From the NCBI GenBank assembly GCA_043817405.1, contig JBDRGV010000036.1:1-59004 (forward strand): a stretch of 59,004 bases of DNA, read 5' to 3'. This document shows positions 45,815 through 52,217 of this stretch, one piece after another. Below the pieces are notes generated by a model, which made no database searches, was not told the DNA's origin, and saw only the letters and a program-made list of their open reading frames with translations. The translations under genes and the position numbers were made by a program. Positions within the stretch are counted from its first letter, which is position 1. Every line of letters starts with the position of its first letter. Origin of the DNA: an archaeon. Lineage in GTDB: Archaea > Nanobdellota > Nanobdellia > Woesearchaeales > GCA-2686295.

Positions 45815-45940
45815 AAACGACGGTCACAACAAAATGCAAAGCATTTTGAGTTCCAAAAACCTTTCGGTTTTTGTTATTTCCGTCGAGACCATTGTGCTCC
45901 CTTCGGTCACAATGCAAAAGCATCAAAAGATAATCTGTAG
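45815..45940. other. Structured intergenic region with several hairpins and an internal direct repeat
   Basis: CGACGG (45818-45823) can pair with CCGTCG (45880-45885), enclosing hairpins AAAATGC-AAA-GCATTTT and CAAAAACC-TTTC-GGTTTTTG. CATTGTG-(11 nt)-CACAATG follows. The motif CGGTCACAA..AATGCAAAGCAT occurs twice. Confidence 0.3.
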
Positions 45941-46053
45941 AAGAAAATATGGGGACGCCGGGACGCTCAAAACGTTTTTCGTTTTGGCGCGCCAAAAATG
46001 TTTCATTTTTGAGCGTTTGAAAAATCCCTAGTCCAATATTTTCAAAGAAAATA
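45941..46053. repeat. Copy of the tRNA-Phe 3' end and flank (23 nt), a 52-nt GGCGCGCC-centred palindrome and a degenerate T-arm remnant, directly next to tRNA-Phe
   Basis: AAGAAAATATGGGGACGCCGGGA occurs at 45941-45963 and 46045-46067. The palindrome CGCTCAAAACGTTTTTCGTTTTGGCGCGCCAAAAATGTTTCATTTTTGAGCG is at 45964-46015. TTTGAAAAATCCC follows, then the hairpin ATATTTTC-AAA-GAAAATAT. Confidence 0.7.
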
Positions 46054-46127
46054 TGGGGACGCCGGGATTTGAACCCGGGACCACTAGATCTTCAGTCTAG
46101 TGCTCTCCCAGTCTGAGCTACGTCCCC
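46054..46127 (-). tRNA. tRNA-Phe (anticodon GAA)
   Basis: Hand fold of the reverse complement: GGGGACG TA GCTC AGACTGGGA GAGC A CTAGA CTGAAGA TCTAG TGGTC CCGGG TTCAAAT CCCGG CGTCCCC A. All stems are Watson-Crick, G37 is present, and CCA is not encoded. Confidence 0.95.
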
Positions 46128-46152
46128 AAATAAACAAAAAAATATGAAAAAA

Positions 46153-46437
46153 TTATAATTTTGTAAGAGTGCCGTTTCTACCGGTGGTAACCTGCATATC
46201 TCCTTGCCACTCGTTAACAAAACCATCTTTTATTTCGATTTTATCGCCTGCTTTAACCAGGTCAATTTGTTCATTCCAAAGAGTCAAAGTCATTTGTCCT
46301 GAATCGTCTTTAATGGTTGCATTTGCTACTCTGCCAGATTTTCCAAATTTTTGGAATTCTCTAACCGGGCTTATTTCGATGATCTCAGCTTGTATCTCAA
46401 CATTTCCTTGTTTTGGTTTTAATTCGCTTATTTTCAT
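46153..46437 (-). CDS. Single OB-fold nucleic-acid-binding protein (short SSB/RPA-like)
   Basis: 94 aa. SGRVANATIKDDSGQMTLTLWNEQIDLVKAGDKIEIKDG is typical of RPA-like OB folds. Confidence 0.65.
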   Translation of the reverse strand: MKISELKPKQGNVEIQAEIIEISPVREFQKFGKSGRVANATIKDDSGQMTLTLWNEQIDLVKAGDKIEIKDGFVNEWQGDMQVTTGRNGTLTKL

Positions 46438-46458
46438 TTTCAGAAGGAAAAAACAGCT

Positions 46459-47970
46459 CTATTTAAAGGTTTTCTTTGCAATATCTTTAAACTTCACATC
46501 TTGAAGAATTAATGAGTCTACGACTGTTTTTAAGTGTTTTAGTGGAATTCTAACTTGTTTTTCTGTGTCACGGTCTCTGATTGTAACGTCTTTCTTCTCT
46601 AAGGAATCAAAGTCAATTGTTATTGCATAGGGTGTTCCTTCTTCTGCAGCTCTCAGATATCGTTTACCAATTGAAGCTGTTTCATCATACTTACACATCC
46701 AATCCTCACTTAATTCATCATAGACTTTTTTAGCAATCTTGATTAAAGGTGGCTTTCTTAATAGTGGAAAAACAGCTATTTTTATTGGAGCCATGCTCAC
46801 AGGCAATGTTAATATGCTTTTGCCTTCATCTTCTTTTCTTTTCTTATAGTAGATGTCTAAAAGTGAAAATACTAATCTGCCTGTTCCGAAAGCTATCTCT
46901 AATACATGAGGGATTTGTTTATTTCCATCCTCATCCAATACTTCCATGTTTGTTTTTGAATACTTGGCATGCTGAGTTAAATCATAATCTGTTCTGTCAT
47001 GAACTCCGCAGATTTCTATCCATCCGAAACTTTCTAATTGAATTTCAATATCCCAAGCATCTTCTGCATAGAATGCTTTCTCGGCTGGAGAATGTTGCAC
47101 TATTCTTATTTTGTCTTTTGGAATTTCTAACTCTAAGAACATGTCATAGGTTAAGTTCAAAAAGTAAGCATAGGCCTGATTTTTCAATAGTTTCTTATTA
47201 ATGGCGTCTTTCAATGAAACCATGCTGTGCTTTTTGTTTTTTTCATGATCTTTCCAAGGAAGTAAAGGTATTTTCTTAGCCTGTATTTTTTTGAAAGGTG
47301 CAAAGTCTTGTTTTTGATGTTTGAATATGAACATTTGCGCTTCTGCTTGAGTAAACTCTCTGGTCCTTAATAGGTGTTGTCTTGGACTTATCTCGTTTCT
47401 GAAAGCATTTCCTATTTGAAACAATCCAAAAGGAAGTTTTTTTCTAAAGAAGTCGTAGTATCTTAAGAATTGTAAATAAGTTGTTGTGGCTGTTTCAGGT
47501 CTGTTATAGGCCACGGTACCCATTCCTACGGTTGTCTTCATCATTAAATCATAGTCTTTTATGTCTGAGCCCAAGAAAGCTTTACAGCCAGGACATTCAA
47601 CCTTGTTTTCTGTCAAGAATTTTTTGAAATCAGTTATTTTCTTGTTGGGAAATAATTCTTCCAGAATTTGTTCTACTTTGAATGATGATTTACATTTTTT
47701 ACATTCAATCATTGAGTCTGTGAAGCCACTTAGATGTCCTGAAGCTTCCCATACCTGCTTGGGCATTATAATTGGGAATTCTACTTCATAAAAATCATTG
47801 TTTGAAAAAACTCTTCTTATGGTATTCTCCACATTATTCTTTAGAAGTTTTCCAAGTGGTGCAAAGCTATAGAACCCTGCAGAGCCACCATATATCTCTG
47901 GTTCAGGTCCCCATACAAAACCTTTCTGTTGCATGAACGCTATTAGTTCGTTCAAAAACTGTTGAGTCAT
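46459..47970 (-). CDS. glyS: Glycyl-tRNA synthetase (archaeal/eukaryal alpha2 type)
   Basis: GFVWGPEPEIYGGSAGFYSFAPLGKLLKNNV at the N-terminus, FRNEISPR motif 2, and a C-terminal anticodon-binding domain (PIKIAVFPL). Confidence 0.9.
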   Translation of the reverse strand: MTQQFLNELIAFMQQKGFVWGPEPEIYGGSAGFYSFAPLGKLLKNNVENTIRRVFSNNDFYEVEFPIIMPKQVWEASGHLSGFTDSMIECKKCKSSFKVEQILEELFPNKKITDFKKFLTENKVECPGCKAFLGSDIKDYDLMMKTTVGMGTVAYNRPETATTTYLQFLRYYDFFRKKLPFGLFQIGNAFRNEISPRQHLLRTREFTQAEAQMFIFKHQKQDFAPFKKIQAKKIPLLPWKDHEKNKKHSMVSLKDAINKKLLKNQAYAYFLNLTYDMFLELEIPKDKIRIVQHSPAEKAFYAEDAWDIEIQLESFGWIEICGVHDRTDYDLTQHAKYSKTNMEVLDEDGNKQIPHVLEIAFGTGRLVFSLLDIYYKKRKEDEGKSILTLPVSMAPIKIAVFPLLRKPPLIKIAKKVYDELSEDWMCKYDETASIGKRYLRAAEEGTPYAITIDFDSLEKKDVTIRDRDTEKQVRIPLKHLKTVVDSLILQDVKFKDIAKKTFK

Positions 47971-48009
47971 GTTTAATTAGAGAAGTTTATTATTTAAAAA
48001 ACTTTGCGT

Positions 48010-49209
48010 TTATCGACTCAGCCACTCAATTTCTTCTTTGTCTAACTCGTAAAAAGAAGCTAATTTCTTTGATTCTGCTTTGTTTTTCTTAAATACTTGT
48101 TTCAACAATAGAACCTCATCCATAACTCTTTTTGCACTTGTGTGACTTTTGGCAGCTATTTTTTGAGCTATGGCTTTTTTCTTGACATTTTTCTGATTGG
48201 CCATCCATATTTTTAGTATTCTGGTGGTTGGTTTATAACTTGTGAATCCAGGATATTTTTCGCCTTTAGAAAGTGCTATTCCTGCTGACAATAAATCATA
48301 GCAGTAGACATAGAATCTATAGTGCTGCCATTTTCTTATTCTACCTCTGAAAACATCTGCCAAGGCTATGTTTGTGAATGCTTCTGCTAAATCTTCTACT
48401 TTAGTGTATTCTCGGGGAATATTCTCTTCAATCCACAGAAAAATCTGGTCAAGGTCTTCATCCACATCTTGAAAAGCTGAAATTGCAACATCTGCACTTA
48501 AAGTTTTGAATATTCTAACTAAAGCACTAACTATTTTTTCAGTGTGATCCCTGCTATATGCCAGGTCCAGGTCCTTAACGGTTAATTTTTTATTGTAAGA
48601 AAAACTCTGCAAATCATTTATCGCAGCTCTTAAATCTCCACCCACTGATCTGGCCAGAGATGTTAATGCCTCGTCATTGGTATCAATTTGTTCCAGTTGA
48701 CATATTTCTTTTAGATGAGAAACAATTGAATTGTAAGCCAATCCATGAAATTCTTGTAATTCACACTTTTTTCTCAGGGTGACAATGTTTTTCTTATAGG
48801 GATCATTTGCCACCAACACGATTGGAAACGAACTGTCTGCAATTAACTTGTTTATAGCTGCAACTCCTCCTCTATCTTCACGTCCTGCTAATCCATCAAT
48901 TTCATCTACTAATATGAGTTTTTTCTTTGCAAATAATGATTGTTGGTTAATCGCAGCTCCCAATACTGAATTTATGCTGTCTGCATTTCTAAGGTCTGAA
49001 GCATTAACTTCTATGATTTCATAATTCATTTCATTAGCGAGCGCGTGAACAGAAGATGTTTTACCAACACCTTGAGGTCCATGTAGAAGCAAAGGCTTCA
49101 TTCCTTTTTTATAGTTCTCGACGTAGGATTTCAGTCTAGCAACAGCAGTGTTCTGTGCTTTCACCTCTGAAAGTTTCTTCGGAGCATACTTTCTTATCCA
49201 TACAGCCAT
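48010..49209 (-). CDS. rfcL: Replication factor C large subunit
   Basis: WIRKYAPKKLSEV, Walker A GPQGVGKTS, Walker B LILVDEIDG, and a sensor region GGDLRAAINDLQ. Confidence 0.85.
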   Translation of the reverse strand: MAVWIRKYAPKKLSEVKAQNTAVARLKSYVENYKKGMKPLLLHGPQGVGKTSSVHALANEMNYEIIEVNASDLRNADSINSVLGAAINQQSLFAKKKLILVDEIDGLAGREDRGGVAAINKLIADSSFPIVLVANDPYKKNIVTLRKKCELQEFHGLAYNSIVSHLKEICQLEQIDTNDEALTSLARSVGGDLRAAINDLQSFSYNKKLTVKDLDLAYSRDHTEKIVSALVRIFKTLSADVAISAFQDVDEDLDQIFLWIEENIPREYTKVEDLAEAFTNIALADVFRGRIRKWQHYRFYVYCYDLLSAGIALSKGEKYPGFTSYKPTTRILKIWMANQKNVKKKAIAQKIAAKSHTSAKRVMDEVLLLKQVFKKNKAESKKLASFYELDKEEIEWLSR

Positions 49210-49285
49210 ACTTGGTGGAAAGAAATAGGGTTTTAAAAGGTTGCGTTCCGATAACTTTTTAACTTCTCAAACCACACCTTACTCT

Positions 49286-49798
49286 ATGGGGGTTAAGCAG
49301 TTATTTGTTATCTTGACATTGTTTTTAGCAGCTTGCTCACAGAATGAGGTGATTGTTATGGATGAATTACAAATATCAAGCTCTGCTTTTGAGCATAATG
49401 AGATGATACCTTCCAAATATACTTGTGATGGAGAAAATGTAAACCCACCTATCAATATCGAGGGCATTCCTAAAGAAACCGTCAGTTTGGTTCTTATCTG
49501 TGATGATCCTGATGCTCCCATGGGTATATGGGTTCATTGGGTTGTTTGGAATATCAAACCAACAAATAAAATTGAAGAGGACAGTGTGCCAGGAACTGAA
49601 GGAATGAATGATTTTAAAAAGAATTCTTATGGTGGACCATGTCCTCCAAGTGGAACTCACAGATATTATTTCAAAGTATATGCACTTGATATTAAACTTG
49701 ATATCAAAGAAAGCTCCACTAAAGAAGACGTTGAAAATGCTATGGTAGATCATATTTTATCGGCAGGAGAATTGATAGGCCTATACAAGCGAACTTGA
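49286..49798 (+). CDS. PEBP/YbhB-family protein with a lipobox-like signal
   Basis: The ATG at 49286 gives MGVKQLFVILTLFLAACSQ. PEBP motifs CDDPDAP, WVHWVVWNI and GPCPPSGTHRYYFKVYALD. Confidence 0.85.
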   Translation: MGVKQLFVILTLFLAACSQNEVIVMDELQISSSAFEHNEMIPSKYTCDGENVNPPINIEGIPKETVSLVLICDDPDAPMGIWVHWVVWNIKPTNKIEEDSVPGTEGMNDFKKNSYGGPCPPSGTHRYYFKVYALDIKLDIKESSTKEDVENAMVDHILSAGELIGLYKRT

Positions 49799-49836
49799 AC
49801 AAAACCTTTTTATAATCAATTTAGTTTTCTCAGTGT

Positions 49837-51036
49837 ATGTTAGTGGGGGTTGTCGGTAAGGCAAATGTCGGAAAGAGTACTTTCTTCAAAGCTTTGACTT
49901 TGGCAGATGTAGAAATAGCTAATTATCCATTCGCAACCATTAAACCAAATCATGGCATTGGTTTTGTAAGGGTTGAATGTGCTGACAAAGACTTTGGAGT
50001 TCAATGTAACCCTCGAGAGGGGTTCTGCATTAACCATATAAGATTTGTACCTATAGATGTTATTGACGTTGCAGGGCTTGTTCCTGGCGCCCATGAAGGC
50101 AAAGGTATGGGTAGTCAGTTCTTGAATGATTTAAATCAGGCCAACGCATTAATTCATGTTATTGATTGTGCAGGCACCACCAATGAAAGAGGCGAAACAG
50201 TTGAAGCAGGTAGTTATGATCCTATTAACGATGTTAAGTTTCTAGAAGAAGAACTCGATTACTGGTATCAAGGAATATTAAAAAAAGGTTGGGAAAAATT
50301 TGCCAGACAAATACAACAAGAACAGCAGGCCATTGAGAAGGCTTTAGGAAAACAATTATCAGGATTAGGTGTTAGTGAAGATATGAGTAAAGAAACCATA
50401 AAAGAGCTTGGTTTGAATAAAGACCTGCCATCTTCTTGGACTGAAGACGAACTTTTAAAATTAGCATCTGCTTTTAGAAAGAAAACAAAGCCTTTGATAA
50501 TCGCAGCCAATAAAATTGATATTCCTGGAGCCTATGACAACTTTGAGCGATTAAAAAAAGCGTTTCCAGATCAATTGATTATTCCCTGTAGTGCAGAATC
50601 AGAATTGGCTTTAAAGGAAGCCGCCAAGCATAAACTAATTGATTATATTCCTGGAAGTGAAGATTTCTCCATCCACCCGAATGCAACATTATCAGAACAA
50701 CAAAAGAAAGGCCTTGATTTCCTAAAAAGTAATGTGTTACAGAAATTCAAAACAACCGGAGTTCAAACTGTTATTGAAGAAGTTGTTTTCAAGCTTTTAA
50801 AACACATAGCTATTTTTCCAGGCGGAATAGGTAAACTAGCAGATCAACACGGTAATATTATGCCTGATTGTTTTTTGATTCCTGAAAATTCAACTGCGCT
50901 GGATTTCGCCTATAAGATTCATTCTGATCTCGGAGACCGTTTTATTAGAGCCATCGATGCCAAAACTAAGATGACTGTTGGTAAAGAACATGTTTTAAAA
51001 CATAGAGATGTTGTGGAAATAGTAAGTGATAAATAG
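49837..51036 (+). CDS. OBG-family (YchF/DRG-like) GTPase with a C-terminal TGS-like domain
   Basis: G1 GKANVGKST, G3 DVAGLV, G4 AANKID. TTTATAAT at 49809-49816 lies 21 nt upstream of the ATG. Confidence 0.85.
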   Translation: MLVGVVGKANVGKSTFFKALTLADVEIANYPFATIKPNHGIGFVRVECADKDFGVQCNPREGFCINHIRFVPIDVIDVAGLVPGAHEGKGMGSQFLNDLNQANALIHVIDCAGTTNERGETVEAGSYDPINDVKFLEEELDYWYQGILKKGWEKFARQIQQEQQAIEKALGKQLSGLGVSEDMSKETIKELGLNKDLPSSWTEDELLKLASAFRKKTKPLIIAANKIDIPGAYDNFERLKKAFPDQLIIPCSAESELALKEAAKHKLIDYIPGSEDFSIHPNATLSEQQKKGLDFLKSNVLQKFKTTGVQTVIEEVVFKLLKHIAIFPGGIGKLADQHGNIMPDCFLIPENSTALDFAYKIHSDLGDRFIRAIDAKTKMTVGKEHVLKHRDVVEIVSDK

Positions 51037-51051
51037 GTTTAAAGAATAATT

Positions 51052-51786
51052 TTATTTCTTCTTAACAGATTTTTTAAGAGTATTAGATACTTTTTTCTCT
51101 TCCACTTCTTCGCCCACTTCCTCAATGGAAATCTCTTCTATTTTGGGTTTTAATTGAACCTGCGGTTGTGACATAGAATCTCCTTTTTCTTTCACTAAAC
51201 CGTATTTCATAAGAATTTCTTTGTATTTAACAAAATCATCTGAATTTTTGAAAGCGTTTTTCTTTACAGGAGATAAATGCCCTATCCAACTATGCGCTAT
51301 CTTCAATACTTCTTTAACGTCTTCGTCCAACACAGGGTTTTTAGTTAGCTCACTAACACTAAAATCTTCTTCTCCGTAGTTATCAACCGGTCGTCTTTCA
51401 AAAAGTTTTATGTTCTGCCACAGTCTGGATAATAATCCTTGTCTTTTTTCTTCTAGCTCTTCTTCCATTTCTTCAATGGCTGTTTCTTCTTCTTCAATGG
51501 CTTCAATTTCACCTTCTACACTATTCAATTTAGCCATTTGTTCTTCTGTTAAATCTTCTTCGGCTTCGCTTATTTTTTCTTGCCTTCGCCATGCAAAAAG
51601 TTTTCTAAAGAATGAAGGTTCTTTGTATTCTATGTGAACTTCTGAATTTGACATATCCGGAACTTCTTTATCATTGAATCGTCCTAGAAATTTAAATCCA
51701 CCAAAACCTGACGATTTACTTTTTCGGATACCTGTGAGATAATTATCCATGTCCATGTTAAATTGTTTTTGATTAATAGTAACCAC
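51052..51786 (-). CDS. Acidic hypothetical protein (start uncertain: GTG 51786, ATG 51756 or ATG 51750)
   Basis: ORF track. E-rich central region (IEAIEEEETAIEEMEEELEEK). No motif recognised. Confidence 0.5.
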   Translation of the reverse strand: MVTINQKQFNMDMDNYLTGIRKSKSSGFGGFKFLGRFNDKEVPDMSNSEVHIEYKEPSFFRKLFAWRRQEKISEAEEDLTEEQMAKLNSVEGEIEAIEEEETAIEEMEEELEEKRQGLLSRLWQNIKLFERRPVDNYGEEDFSVSELTKNPVLDEDVKEVLKIAHSWIGHLSPVKKNAFKNSDDFVKYKEILMKYGLVKEKGDSMSQPQVQLKPKIEEISIEEVGEEVEEKKVSNTLKKSVKKK

Positions 51787-51935
51787 CTGTAAACTCGTTA
51801 GTTACTTTATAAGGTATTACTATATAAATTTTTTTATTATAGAATGATAAATACCCTGACAAAAAAGATAGTATTACAATATTTAGAACAAAGGAATGTT
51901 TATTTTAAAACTATTGAGAAGAAAAAAAAGAAAAG

Positions 51936-52043
51936 TGGAGATGCTGAGACGCTCAAAAATCAAAGATTTTTGGCGCGCCAAAAATAAGAAATATTTTTGA
52001 GCGTTCGAAGAATCTCAAGTCACAATTTTTTCTAAAGAAAAAA
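51936..52043. repeat. Copy of the tRNA-Trp 3' end (14 nt, 1 mismatch), a 54-nt GGCGCGCC-centred palindrome and a degenerate T-arm remnant, directly next to tRNA-Trp
   Basis: TGGAGATGCTGAGA at 51936-51949 matches TGGGGATGCTGAGA at 52044-52057. The palindrome CGCTCAAAAATCAAAGATTTTTGGCGCGCCAAAAATAAGAAATATTTTTGAGCG is at 51950-52003. TTCGAAGAATCTC follows, then the hairpin ATTTTTTC-TAAA-GAAAAAAT. Confidence 0.7.
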
Positions 52044-52166
52044 TGGGGATGCTGAGATTCGAACTCAGATCGGCCGGTATCACCAAATAGTGAAAGTCAT
52101 TGGACGGAGTCCTCATCGCTCCATTTTTTGGAGCCGGCAATTCTGGCCAGGTTATACTACATCCCC
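52044..52166 (-). tRNA. tRNA-Trp (anticodon CCA) with a ~49-nt intron at the canonical 37/38 position
   Basis: Hand fold: acceptor GGGGATG/CATCCCC, anticodon stem GCCGG...CCGGC, loop CTCCAA|intron|A, T arm CTGAG-TTCGAAT-CTCAG, discriminator A. The intron (about 52079-52127) starts AAAATGGAGC, and TGGAGC pairs with the anticodon region GCTCCA. The D stem has one mismatch. Confidence 0.8.
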
Positions 52167-52217
52167 AAATTAACTAAAATGTAAAACATAGAAAAAGTTG
52201 TGATATTTAAAGTTAAC

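Noticed and set aside
45774-46031. ORF-track ORFs 45804..46031 (+, 75 aa) and 45774..45995 (-, 73 aa) spanning the tRNA-Phe-linked palindrome. A 47-codon + strand ORF (about 51847-51990) likewise reads through the Trp-linked palindrome, and the two + strand products share GDA.TLK...LARQK.
   Set aside because: The peptide similarity is a by-product of DNA identity in a palindrome. The conserved feature is base-pairing: outer stem, inner hairpins and a compensatory flank. The Thr-linked copy is not in a comparable frame. There are no start-site signals, and the sequences are odd and low-complexity.
52079-52127. Possible C/D-box guide RNA inside the tRNA-Trp intron, as in some Euryarchaeota
   Set aside because: Only imperfect box-like strings are present (GCGATGA, GTGA). 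I see no convincing C'/D' pair. The segment complementary to the anticodon region lies upstream of the putative C box, which is the wrong position for a guide.
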